From: an uncultured virus (IMG/VR IMGVR_UViG_3300031963_000089)
Lineage: Duplodnaviria > Heunggongvirae > Uroviricota > Caudoviricetes
Length of the DNA: 64,000 nucleotides
IMG/VR virus record: IMGVR_UViG_3300031963_000089
Coordinates: 1 to 64,000 of that record
Reading direction: 5' to 3' (one strand)
The notes below the pieces were generated by a model. The model had not been told where the DNA came from, did no database searches, and was given only the letters and a program-made list of their open reading frames with translations. The position numbers and the translations under genes were made by a program. Of the stretch, positions 30,001 through 41,000 are shown in pieces (the stretch's first letter is position 1; the number at the start of each line of letters is the position of its first letter).

Positions 30001-33000
30001 TGATGTTCCTGATGAACCACTAGTTCCTCTTGAACCCGTACTACCTGATGAACCTGAACTTCCAGTTGACCCTGACGAACCACTTGAACCAGAACTACCA
30101 GATGTTCCTGACGAACCACTAGTACCCGATGAACCTGTATTTCCACTTGACCCTGAACTACCACTTGAACCAGAAGAACCTGATGTACCAGAACTACCAT
30201 TAGAACCTGAAGTTCCAGATGAACCTGATGAACCTGAACTACCGCTTGAGCCAGCACTTCCCGATGTTCCTGAACTACCGTTAGAACCTGATGTTCCACT
30301 TGAACCACTACTACCTGATGAACCTGTGCTACCACTTGAACCAGATGAACCACTTGTTCCAACACTTCCGCTAGACCCTGAACTACCCGAACTTCCTGAT
30401 GAACCACTTGTACCTGATGACCCAGAAGTTCCTGACGAGCCAGATGAACCTGATGAACCAGCACTTCCCGAAGAGCCACTTGTCCCTACTGAACCCGATG
30501 TTCCGCTTGACCCTGTAATACCTGATGAACCCGAACTACCTGAAGACCCACTTGAACCTGATGTTCCTGAACTTCCACTAACACCTGATGAGCCTGAACT
30601 TCCACTAGAACCTGATGACCCTGAAGTTCCTGTTGAGCCAGATGTTCCTGAACTACCACTAGAACCAGATGACCCTGAGCTTCCTGATGACCCACTTGTT
30701 CCCACACTACCACTAGTTCCTGAAGAACCCGTACTACCACTTGAGCCAGAAGAACCTGAACTTCCTGAAGTACCTGTTGAGCCAGATGTTCCTGAACTAC
30801 CACTCGTACCTCTTGAACCTGTACTACCTGAACTTCCGCTTGAACCTGATGAACCGCTACTACCTGATGAACCACTTGTTCCAGAAGAACCTGATGTACC
30901 AGAACTTCCGCTTGAGCCAGATGAACCAGCACTACCACTTGAGCCAGATGTCCCTGATGAACCACTCGTTCCACTTGAGCCAGTATTACCTGACGAACCA
31001 GAACTACCCGAACTTCCGCTAGAACCACTTGTACCCGATGTTCCTGAAGAACCACTAACACCTGATGACCCCGAACTCCCACTACTTCCACTTGAGCCAG
31101 AGCTTCCTGATGTACCACTTGAACCTGATGTTCCTGAAGACCCTGTACTACCACTTGAACCAGAAGAACCTGAACTACCCGATGTTCCAGCACTACCACT
31201 ACTACCACTTGAACCTGATGTTCCAGCAGACCCCGATGTACCAAAACCTGATGACCCCGAACTTCCTCCCGAACCTGAGCTTCCACTAGAACCTGAAGTT
31301 CCTGAACTACCGCTAGTACCTGAAGAACCTGATGTTCCACTAGAACCAGATGAACCACTACTACCTGAAGAGCCAGATGAACCAGCACTTCCAGATGTAC
31401 CAGAAGACCCTGAACTACCGCTAGAGCCTGAGGTACCACTTGTACCTACTGAACCTGATGTACCAGAACTTCCAGATGTCCCTGAAGTACCTCTCGACCC
31501 TGTTGAGCCTGAACTACCTGAAGACCCTGAACTTCCAGATGAACCTGATGTTCCGCTACTACCTGAAGTACCGGCAGAACCTGAACTTCCTGAACTACCA
31601 TTAGAACCTGATGTTCCACTAGAACCTGCACTTCCCGAACTTCCACTTGAACCTGATGTTCCTGCAGAACCCGATGCACCACCTGTTCTATAATAAGTTT
31701 TACCTGTATTATCTACAACAACAAATTTTGTTTGATTATCATCTTGAGTAATTTGAGCAATTGTTAATTCATTTGTTGTTGTTGCCGATGCAGTTATTTG
31801 ATTAACATTAAATAAATCATTCCCTCCTAATCCTAAATCACCTGTCATTTGTCTTCCACCATCAACTAAAAGATATTGTTGGTGGTCATCAGCAGTTAAA
31901 CCTAACAAATTACCGTGTACCGATGTCGCGTTAACACCACTTGACTTAAAACCAATTACAGGTCTAATATCCTCAATTTGAACAATACCTCCAAATCCTT
32001 GTTGGATATAAACAGACGCAATTGATACCACACCATCCGTAAAATAATCAGGAGGTAATGGTAATGGAGCCGCCTCAGCTTCAACAAGAGTCGCATATTC
32101 TTGTTGACCTAAAACTAAAAAGTATTCTTCATTAATACCTTCACCGACAACATATAATGTATGTTTAGTATAATACGATGTGGTTAATGCTGATAATGAA
32201 TTTTCATTTTTATTATATTGAAAATTATTTACAAACGTAGTTGCACTTCTTGTCCAATTTGTACCATTGTTCCAATATTGTGTAAAACTTATTGGTGTTC
32301 CACCTGTTGGTGTAAAATTATTTTCTGATAACCAATAACTACCAGATGTCACATCAAGAGTAAATGATGTTGAACCTGTTGTAACAATAGAACCTGTTGA
32401 ATAAACTGGACCTAACGCTTGTCTGTTAAAGCTTGATAATAAATTTGCAGTATGTTGAGCGTTGTATGGCGCAGCATCAATCAATTCAATACCTGTCGCG
32501 TTTGTAACTACTCGACCCATAATAATATTATAGAATGGGTCAGGTAATCCTGAATTTGCAACTAACGTTCCGTTATTTGAAATATAAATGTAGTTATCAG
32601 TTTCAGCACTTAATGTTAACTGACCATCAACCCAATCATATCTTTTAATAATACTATTATCTGTTTGGTCAGCTAAATATCCAAATCCTGCAGATGTATT
32701 GATTGTTCTACCACTAACAATAGTAATTGTACCACCACTTAATAATCCCATTGGACTACCTTGAAAAATCAGTGTAGAAGCATCTGTATGTGTTCCATCT
32801 GCGAAAGTAACCGATAACTTTCTTGTTACGTCGTTCTCACCATCCGTATCATCCAAGAAGTTCCAATAAAAGTCCTCACTTGCTGTAATTATTTTTGAGT
32901 GGTCTGAAATACCCTGAAATCTACCTATTGTCGATGCGTTTTCAATTAAAAAGTCATTAGTAATTGAATCGTGAATCATGGTACCAACCATTCTAAAAGT

Positions 33001-34938
33001 AGGCCCACCACCTGTATTTGGTACGTAAACGGCAATATCCCATTCTTGAATATCCATACCTGTTCCTTCCAATACCGCAGAGTCTGATAACACAAATGCG
33101 GTTGAACCTGTTAGTAATGCACCTTCAAAAGTACACCCGTTGAACGATAAAAGTGTTCCAGAGCCAGTACCGCTATTACCAATAACATCATCATATGTTG
33201 GGAACAAGAAATAGTTTTCCATATTACCCAACGCCTGAAACCCATTAGTTGCTTCAACTTTTAATCCGTAACTAAACTCACCATTAACATCGACATATTC
33301 ACCATAGAACTTGGTATCTTGTGTTGATGATTTTATCCATACACCAATATCTGAATCATATATTGAAATCTTATGAGCTTGTCCAAAATCACCGATATCA
33401 TCACAGTGAATTGCCGCATATCCTGCACCAGCACCTGATAATGTTAAAAACGATACTTCGTTATTAATACCTATATTAATAATATGTTGAGTAGAACCCG
33501 TTGGGACAATTTGTGTAGTTTGAATATTACTACCCTCAATACTCACATACGGTTTTCCAGTTAAATTAATTTGTCCCTCAGAAAATAACCCAGGTCCAAC
33601 TCTAACCAAAAAACGATTATTAATTGACGAACCTGTAATCCAATCAACTGCACTCTTAATAGATGTAAAGTCACCACCTTTTTTAGCGACCGTAATAACT
33701 CTTGGGTCTTGGTTAACTTCATATAACGGAGCGTCAATCGGTATTGTAGTTTTTAAGAATGTATCAGTACCTTCAATTTTACCTGTTGCAGTTGGATGTT
33801 CAACTAATACGTCTTGAGTATTATTTTCAAAGTTAAGAGCCGAACCAAATATACTTGGAGCTGAGCCCGTGTTTGGAGCATATATCGCAGTTACCCATCG
33901 TTGGAAATTAACTGCCGTTAATCTTAACGAACCTCCGTTTTCAACCCAAAATCCTGTTCCTGCCGCAACCCCAACAGCCTTTGTTAATAAACATCCGTTA
34001 ACAATAAACGTACAACCTGGTTGGTCTGCCTTTGCAAATATTAATCCTGATGTCGTACTAACACCTCCATTAGTAGATGTAACGTTTCTAAGTTGCATCC
34101 TACCAATACCACTACCATCATTTGTAACATAGAAACCTATAGTAAATGGATATCCACCATACTTAACGTTAGAACACTGTATGATACAGTTTCCACCACC
34201 TGTTCCAACAACTTTTGCGTGAGTATAGTTTGTACCAAATCTTACGTTTTCAACATATGCAATTGCATTAGTTTGAGGAGTTGTCGATGATGAATAAACA
34301 ATAGACGACGCACTTGTTCCTGATGAACCTTGAATTTGCATGTCCTGAACCATTGATTGGTCGGCCATGATGAAAACACTATTATTAGGATTACTTGCTT
34401 GTAGGATAGTTGTTGTACTATCACCACCTCTAACCGTAATCCATGATTTCATTGTGATGGTATCTTCAATATATAAACCAGGATAAACTCTAACTTCCCA
34501 AGTACTATTTGGAGTTGCACCTGTTATACTATCTACCGCATCTTTAACGGAATTAAAGTCTGTTGAACTACCACTTAATCCAACAGTTACATAATTTTCT
34601 ATAATTGTATTAAAATTATAACTTAACGATGTCCAATTTGTACCATCACTAGTTATTTGAATTGAATCATTCTGAATTAATGTAACCGTAGTACTCCCAT
34701 CTATAGTTTCACTACCATTTGGGTCAACAGTTATTGTACCGGTACCATTATTTTTAATTACATATAATTTACCCTGCACACCTACCGCAGTAGGTAAATT
34801 AATAGTAAAAGTACCACCAGAGACAGCGACCATATAGTCGTCATCAGTAATCGTATATGTACTACCAATTGTTACTTGTGGATATGTTATACCACCTAAG
34901 GATATTATACCCCTTCTCGCAACAAACTCATTTGCCAT
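27028..34938 (-). CDS. giant fibre-like protein, 2636 aa: beta-helix-like N-terminal region plus ~1,530 aa of G-S/T-S triplets
   Basis: MANEF start, two pectin-lyase-like entry motifs (DFNSVKDAVDSI...VYPGLY and GGDFTSIKSAVDWI...VGPGLF), HGNLLGLTADDHQQY, then the repeat tract. Confidence 0.85.
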   Translation of the reverse strand: MANEFVARRGIISLGGITYPQVTIGSTYTITDDDYMVAVSGGTFTINLPTAVGVQGKLYVIKNNGTGTITVDPNGSETIDGSTTVTLIQNDSIQITSDGTNWTSLSYNFNTIIENYVTVGLSGSSTDFNSVKDAVDSITGATPNSTWEVRVYPGLYIEDTITMKSWITVRGGDSTTTILQASNPNNSVFIMADQSMVQDMQIQGSSGTSASSIVYSSSTTPQTNAIAYVENVRFGTNYTHAKVVGTGGGNCIIQCSNVKYGGYPFTIGFYVTNDGSGIGRMQLRNVTSTNGGVSTTSGLIFAKADQPGCTFIVNGCLLTKAVGVAAGTGFWVENGGSLRLTAVNFQRWVTAIYAPNTGSAPSIFGSALNFENNTQDVLVEHPTATGKIEGTDTFLKTTIPIDAPLYEVNQDPRVITVAKKGGDFTSIKSAVDWITGSSINNRFLVRVGPGLFSEGQINLTGKPYVSIEGSNIQTTQIVPTGSTQHIINIGINNEVSFLTLSGAGAGYAAIHCDDIGDFGQAHKISIYDSDIGVWIKSSTQDTKFYGEYVDVNGEFSYGLKVEATNGFQALGNMENYFLFPTYDDVIGNSGTGSGTLLSFNGCTFEGALLTGSTAFVLSDSAVLEGTGMDIQEWDIAVYVPNTGGGPTFRMVGTMIHDSITNDFLIENASTIGRFQGISDHSKIITASEDFYWNFLDDTDGENDVTRKLSVTFADGTHTDASTLIFQGSPMGLLSGGTITIVSGRTINTSAGFGYLADQTDNSIIKRYDWVDGQLTLSAETDNYIYISNNGTLVANSGLPDPFYNIIMGRVVTNATGIELIDAAPYNAQHTANLLSSFNRQALGPVYSTGSIVTTGSTSFTLDVTSGSYWLSENNFTPTGGTPISFTQYWNNGTNWTRSATTFVNNFQYNKNENSLSALTTSYYTKHTLYVVGEGINEEYFLVLGQQEYATLVEAEAAPLPLPPDYFTDGVVSIASVYIQQGFGGIVQIEDIRPVIGFKSSGVNATSVHGNLLGLTADDHQQYLLVDGGRQMTGDLGLGGNDLFNVNQITASATTTNELTIAQITQDDNQTKFVVVDNTGKTYYRTGGASGSAGTSGSSGSSGSAGSSGTSGSNGSSGSSGSAGTSGSSGTSGSSGSSGSSGSSGSTGSRGTSGTSGSSGTSGSVGTSGTSGSSGSSGSSGTSGSAGSSGSSGSSGSSGSSGTSGSSGTSGSSGTSGSSGSSGSGGSSGSSGFGTSGSAGTSGSSGSSGSAGTSGSSGSSGSSGSTGSSGTSGSSGTSGSSGSSGSSGSSGSSGVSGSSGTSGTSGSSGSSGSSGSSGNTGSSGTSGSSGTSGSSGSAGSSGSSGSSGTSGSSGTSGSSGSSGSSGSSGSSGSTGSRGTSGSSGTSGSTGTSGSSGSSGSSGSTGSSGTSGSVGTSGSSGSSGSSGSSGSSGTSGSTGTSGSSGSSGSSGSSGVSGSSGTSGSSGSSGSSGSSGITGSSGTSGSVGTSGSSGSAGSSGSSGSSGTSGSSGTSGSSGSSGSSGSSGSVGTSGSSGSSGSTGSSGSSGSSGTSGSNGSSGTSGSAGSSGSSGSSGSSGTSGSNGSSGTSGSSGSSGSSGSSGNTGSSGTSGSSGTSGSSGSSGSSGSTGSSGSSGSTGSRGTSGSSGTSGSSGTSGSNGSSGTSGSSGSSGSSGSSGSSGSSGSSGSAGTSGSVGTSGSSGSSGSSGSSGNTGSSGTSGSSGTSGSSGSSGSSGSSGSSGTSGSSGTSGSSGSSGSSGSTGSSGSSGSSGSSGNTGSSGTSGSSGTSGSSGSSGSSGSTGSSGTGGSSGTSGSSGSSGSSGSSGNSGSSGTSGSSGTSGSSGSSGSSGSSGSAGSSGTSGSSGTSGSSGSSGSSGSSGNTGSSGTSGSSGTSGSSGSSGSSGSSGSTGSRGTSGSSGTSGTSGSSGSSGSSGTSGSSGTSGSSGSSGSSGSSGNTGSSGTSGSSGTSGSSGSAGSSGSSGNTGSSGTSGSSGTSGSSGSSGSSGSSGITGSSGTSGSSGTSGSSGSAGSSGSSGNTGSSGTSGSSGTSGSSGSSGSSGSSGNTGSSGTSGSSGTSGSSGSSGSSGLTGSSGTSGSSGTSGSSGSSGSSGSAGSSGTSGSSGTSGSSGSSGSSGSSGSSGSTGSRGTSGSSGTSGTSGSSGSTGSSGSSGSSGTSGSSGTSGSSGSSGNTGSSGTSGSSGTSGSSGSSGSSGITGSSGTSGSSGSSGSSGSSGITGSSGTSGSSGTSGSSGSSGSSGSSGITGSSGTSGSSGTSGSSGSAGSSGSSGSGSSGTSGSSGTSGSSGSSGSSGSSGSSGSSGTSGSSGSSGSSGSSGSTGSRGTSGSSGTSGSSGTSGTSGSAGSSGSSGSSGTSGSSGTSGSAGSSGSSGSSGITGSSGTSGSSGTSGSAGSSGSSGSGSSGTSGSSGTSGSAGSSGSSGSGSSGTSGLDGISGTSGSSGSSGSGSSGTSGSGSSGSSGSSGSSGSTGSRGTSGSSGTSGSSGTSGSSGTSGSNGSSGTSGSSGTSGTSGSSGSSGSSGTAGSSGTSGSGSSGSSGTAGSSGTSGSGSSGSSGTAGSSGTSGSGSSGSSGTAGSSGTSGSGSSGSSGSSGSGSSGTSGVDGAAGGSFTLGLVYTTANNFNYI
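27090..31680 (-). repeat. 9-bp-period coding repeat (GSS/GTS/GST triplets)
   Basis: About 4.6 kb of degenerate triplets with heavy synonymous variation. Confidence 0.95.
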
Positions 34939-35032
34939 TTATTCTTTCCTTTTTTCCCTATCCAAAAGAAAATTCTTCTATGTTTATTTGTTAATAAATA
35001 TACTTGAAAAGTATTCTGTCAATCCTAAAATG

Positions 35033-35066
35033 AAAAAACCATCACATTTATTATTATGTGATGGTT
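35033..35066 (-). terminator. intrinsic terminator after the 1998-aa gene
   Basis: 11-bp stem AACCATCACAT/ATGTGATGGTT, 8-nt loop, T run on the minus strand. Confidence 0.75.
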
Positions 35067-35088
35067 CATGTTTTTATATATTTTAATA

Positions 35089-38000
35089 TTAAATTGTAAT
35101 TCTTGTTGATATACTAATGTTCCAACTACCTTTATTCACATCAGCCCAAAACTCAACATTACCACCTGACACCGTAACCCTTAACTCAATACCCAAAGTA
35201 GAGTCATTTAAGTCAGGAGTTGATATATCAACATAAGTAGCGTTAGATGTGTCCCAAATACTCATTACTTGGCCACCTCTTGTTGCAGTTGTGGTTGGAT
35301 TATTAACCCAATAATCAAAAATTGCACTACGTCCTAATGATGTACTAAATGAACAAATACGTGTTGATGCGGTAATACTTGTACCACTACAAGAAGTTAA
35401 AGATTGTTTTCCATATTCAACAGTATCACCTGTAATACCTAAAGTTGTACCATCAAAAGTTAATTTACTTTGAGCAATCGCACTATTTGTAGAGGTACCT
35501 GAAGCAGTTAATATTCTGTAATCAGCAGGATTAGCAATTGTATTGAAACCTGTACCTGATGTACCAGCACTACCGCTAGAACCCGAAGTTCCACTTGAGC
35601 CGGATGAACCTGAACTGCCAGAAGACCCTGATGTTCCTGAAGAACCACTTGTACCCGAACTTCCTGAGGTACCACTTGAACCTGACGAACCACTTGACCC
35701 AGATGAGCCAGAACTTCCGCTAGAACCAGATGTACCCGAACTTCCTGAACTACCACTACTACCTGAAGACCCTGATGTACCACTTGAACCAGAAGTTCCT
35801 GTAGAACCGCTAGACCCTGATGAACCTGATGTTCCTGAAGACCCACTACTTCCCGAAGTACCTGATGAACCACTTGACCCACTTGACCCACTAGTACCAA
35901 CCGACCCAGAAGAACCGCTTGTACCAACACTTCCTGAACTTCCACTACTACCTGATGAACCAGACGAACCTGAAGTTCCAGATGAACCACTAGTACCAAC
36001 ACTACCTGACGACCCAGAAGAACCCGAGCTCCCTGATGTCCCACTTGAGCCCGATATTCCTGAAGAACCGCTAGTACCTACACTACCGCTACTTCCACTT
36101 GAACCAGATGTTCCTGTAGAACCGCTAGACCCTGATGAACCACTACTACCCGATGAACCTGAAGAACCACTTGTTCCTGATGTACCCGCACTTCCTGAAG
36201 AACCGCTACTACCTGAAGAACCAGAAGAACCACTAGTACCAGATGTACCTACGCTACCACTACTACCAGAAGAACCACTACTACCGCTAGACCCTGAACT
36301 ACCTGATGTTCCACTTGAGCCAGATGTTCCAACACTTCCACTAGACCCTGAACTACCCGATGAGCCAGAAGACCCTGATGTTCCGGAACTTCCTGAAGAA
36401 CCGCTACTACCACTAGTACCAGAACTTCCCGTAGAACCAGATGTTCCGCTACTACCTGATGAACCAGAAGTTCCAACACTACCACTAGAACCAGAACTTC
36501 CTGAACTCCCACTACTACCTGATGTTCCGCTTGACCCAGATGTTCCAACTGAACCTGATGAGCCAGAGCTTCCTGAACTGCCACTTGAACCAGAAGAACC
36601 TGATGTTCCACTACTTCCCGATGAACCACTACTACCGCTAGTTCCTACACTACCTGAAGAACCTGAACTTCCGCTTGTTCCCGAAGAACCAGTTAGACCT
36701 GAAGAGCCTGAACTTCCACTACTACCACTAGAACCACTTGTTCCTGAAGAGCCACTTGTACCTACACTACCGCTACTTCCACTTGAACCAGAAGAACCTG
36801 ATGTACCAGTTGACCCAGATGTTCCTGTACTACCCGAAGAACCGCTACTTCCACTTGAACCTGATGACCCTGAAGTTCCTGATGAACCAGTTAATCCCGA
36901 AGAGCCTGAACTTCCACTAGACCCACTTGAGCCAGAAGTTCCAACACTACCGCTACTTCCACTTGAGCCAGAAGTACCTACACTACCACTTGAACCAGAA
37001 CTTCCTGAAGTACCTGTTGACCCAGATGACCCTGAAGTTCCTGATGAACCACTTGTACCAGCACTTCCCGAAGTTCCAACCGAACCCGATGAACCACTAG
37101 AGCCCGAAGAACCACTACTACCTGATGTGCCACTTGAACCTGAAGAACCTGTTGACCCTGAACTTCCACTACTACCACTTGTTCCAGAAGAGCCAGTTAA
37201 ACCTGAAGACCCAGAACTTCCACTACTACCCGAAGAACCTGAAGTTCCTACCGAACCACTACTACCTGATGTTCCAGTACTCCCCGAACTTCCACTTGAG
37301 CCTGCACTACCTGATGAACCTGATGTTCCACTAGAACCCGATGAACCACTTGACCCAGTGCTACCTGAAGTACCACTAGACCCACTTGAGCCAGAAGTCC
37401 CAACACTACCGCTACTTCCAGATGAACCTGAACTTCCACTTGAACCAGAACTTCCTGAAGTACCTGTTGACCCAGATGTTCCAGAACTTCCTGTAGAACC
37501 CGATGAACCTGAACTACCCGATGAGCCACTTGTACCAGCACTTCCTGAAGTCCCAACCGAACCCGATGAACCACTTGAACCTGAAGAACCTGATGTTCCA
37601 ACACTACCAGATGAACCAGAACTTCCTGAAGTACCAACAGAACCACTACTACCTGAGCTTCCACTTGTTCCCGAAGAACCAGTTAGACCTGAAGAGCCTG
37701 AACTTCCGCTACTTCCTGATGTTCCAGAACTTCCTGTAGAACCCGATGAACCTGAACTACCTGATGAACCACTTGTACCAGAAGTTCCAACACTTCCACT
37801 TGAACCAGATGAACCGCTAGAACCTGATGTTCCTGAAGACCCTGTTAAACCCGAAGAACCACTTGACCCTGAAGTACCAACACTACCTGATGTACCTGAA
37901 GAACCAGAACTACCACTAGAACCTGAACTTCCTGATGAACCAGAAGAACCACTACTACCACTAGTTCCTACACTACCAGATGAACCACTTGTACCACTAG

Positions 38001-41000
38001 AACCTGTACTTCCACTTGAGCCAGAACTTCCACTAGTACCTGTTGAGCCAGAACTTCCACTTGAACCAGAAGAACCCGATGTACCAACACTACCTGAACT
38101 ACCACTAGAACCTGAACTTCCTGATGAACCACTAGAACCTGAAGTTCCAGATGTACCAGAAGAACCTGTTATTCCAGAACTTCCACTTGAACCTGACGAG
38201 CCTGAAGACCCTGATGTACCGACACTACCACTAGAACCAGACGTTCCACTTGAACCTGTACTTCCGGATGAACCTGAACTACCTGAGGTACCCACAGAAC
38301 CTGATGTTCCTGAACTACCTGAACTACCTGATGTACCCGCAGAACCTGAAGAACCACTTGTCCCCGATGTACCTGAGCTACCACTATTACCTGAAGTTCC
38401 GCTAGTACCATTAGTACCGTCAACACCACTCAAACCTGAAGAACCCGATGTTCCAACACTACCTGAACTACCACTACTACCACTTGACCCCGCACTTCCT
38501 GAAGAGCCACTTGTACCAGCAGTTCCTGAAGTACCAACAGAACCAGAACTACCACTTGAACCCGAAGAACCTGATGTTCCAACACTACCAGAACTTCCTG
38601 AAGAGCCTGTACTTCCACTTGAACCTGATGTTCCTGCAGAACCAGAACTTCCTGAAGAGCCTGTGCTTCCACTTGAACCTGATGTTCCTGAACTACCTGT
38701 TATACCACTTGAACCTGAACTTCCTGAGGAACCAGAAGAACCTGATGTTCCCGAAGAGCCAGTTAGTCCTGAACTTCCACTACTACCACTAGACCCTGTA
38801 CTTCCTGAAGAACCTGAACTACCAGAAGTTCCAGATGTACCAGTACTACCTGATGTCCCTGAAGAACCATTAACACCAGAACTTCCTGATGAACCTGTAC
38901 TTCCACTACTTCCTGATGTCCCACTTGAACCTGAAGTTCCACTTGAACCTGAAGTTCCAGCAGAGCCAGAGCTACCACTTGAACCTGAGCTACCAGCACT
39001 TCCGCTTGAACCTGATGTTCCTGAGCTACCGCTTATTCCACTTGAGCCTGATGAACCAGCACTGCCACTTGAGCCTGATGAACCTGATGTTCCTGTACTA
39101 CCTGATGACCCCGTACTTCCACTTGAACCAGAACTTCCAGATGTTCCAGATGAACCTGTTAAACCTGAACTACCCGATGAACCCGAAGAACCTGTGCTAC
39201 CTGACGTTCCTGAACTACCACTAGTGCCTGAAGAACCTGTGCTACCTGACGTTCCGCTAGTACCTGAACTTCCAGTTAATCCACTACTTCCAGAACTTCC
39301 ACTTGAACCTGATATTCCTGAACTTCCTGATGAACCCGTACTTCCACTTGAACCTGACGAACCAGCACTACCTGATGTACCAGAAGAACCTGTTAACCCA
39401 CTTGAACCTGATGACCCTGATGAGCCTGAAGAACCCGAAGAACCCGAAGAACCCGAAGAACCCGATGTACCACTTGAACCTGTACTTCCTGAAGAACCAC
39501 TTGAGCCCGAACTTCCTGATGTACCTGAACTACCAGTAATACCACTTGACCCACTAGAACCTGAAGAGCCTGATGTACCACTAGAGCCTGAAGACCCTGA
39601 TGTTCCTGAAGTTCCAACACTTCCCGAAGAACCACTTGAACCTGAAGAACCAGATGTTCCTGAAGTTCCAACACTTCCCGAAGAACCACTTGAGCCCGAT
39701 GAGCCACTTGAGCCTGAACTACCTGATGAGCCAGACGTACCTGAAGTTCCAGATGAACCTGAGCTACCTGAAGAACCACTTGTTCCTGATGAACCTGAGG
39801 TACCACTTGAACCTGAGGTTCCAGCACTACCACTACTTCCTGATGTTCCTGAACTACCACTTGTACCAGAACTTCCTGATTCACCTGATGAACCAGAACT
39901 TCCTGAAGAACCATCCGCTCCATTATGAATCCAAGAAAATGTATATGTGCTACCACTTGTTAAATTACCATTACAAGTAAAAGGTATGTCTAAAGTAATA
40001 TCCCAATAAGGTCCATTATTAACTATAGTTAAAATTTTGTAAATACCTAATATAGGAAAATTACCAACTTCTTCAATCTGTAAATAAACTTCTTGACTTA
40101 AATTGATAGAATCTTGAATTGCGGTTAACCAATTATCATAATTAATATTATAAACATCATTATCTGCAATAGATATATAATTTACTGAACATAACTCATT
40201 AATGTTTGTTGCAAAAAACCCTTGGTTAGGGTCATTTGGGGTAACTATAGATGATGTCCATAACCATCTACCGCTATTAGCACCGTCATTACCACTATAT
40301 CCACTTGAGCCAGATGTACCAGATGTCCCACTAGCACCATCAACACCGTTTATACCACTTGTTCCAGCACTACCACTTGAGCCAGAGCTACCCGATGTAC
40401 CCGAACTTCCTGAAGAACCGGCGGAACCTGAACTCCCTGACGTACCGCTAGTACCATCACCACCTGAAACGGTAATACCTGTAACACTTACAACGGTACC
40501 ATCACTATTATATAATTCTAAAGTGCTTGTACCTGAAAAGAACGTACCACCAGTTAATTCTGTTCCTTGAGCAAAAACTCTCCATCTCGCATCATTTCTT
40601 GATGTTCCACTAACACCTTCAATTGTTGAACCTGTCCAAGCGTTAATAAATGCCTGTCCTTCAGGTGTATTATTTTTTACAATTGTCTCATAAGATAATT
40701 GAGTAACAGAATTAGCACTTACCGCAGCGTCCCATAAATCGTTATAGTTGTCTATTTGAAATTGGTATGCCGTTTCAGTTTCATTAACCCAAACAATCAT
40801 ACCTAACCTTCTTCTACCTGATGAAAAATTATCAGAGTTAAGGGTTAAATAAGTCGGCATAAATGTACCATTACCAATTGTGATATTAATTGGGATAGTA
40901 TTTGCACTAAGTTGTTGTTGTCCCTTCCCACTAAATGACAACCCTAAATTAGTAAGGTAAGCGGCTTCTTGCCAACCCCCAACATTTAAGACGTTAAAGT

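Noticed and set aside
27074..31693. 1539-aa plus-strand ORF rich in P/E/D/L/V
   Set aside because: Antisense shadow of the Gly-Ser/Thr codons. That frame yields almost only CCN, GAN, CTN and GTN codons, so stops are effectively excluded. It ends exactly where the repeat ends.
27090..39915. Possible CRISPR array or diversity-generating retroelement repeats
   Set aside because: No constant repeat with unique spacers, no adenine-specific TR/VR pair seen, and no reverse transcriptase or cas gene. The repeats are in-frame coding.
35543..39928. 1461-aa plus-strand ORF
   Set aside because: Same shadow effect. Its boundaries coincide with the repeat tract.
27069..39980. Many V/Q/H/L-rich and N/L/M-rich alternative-frame ORFs
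   Set aside because: Frame-shifted readings of the same repeats, with no independent start signals.
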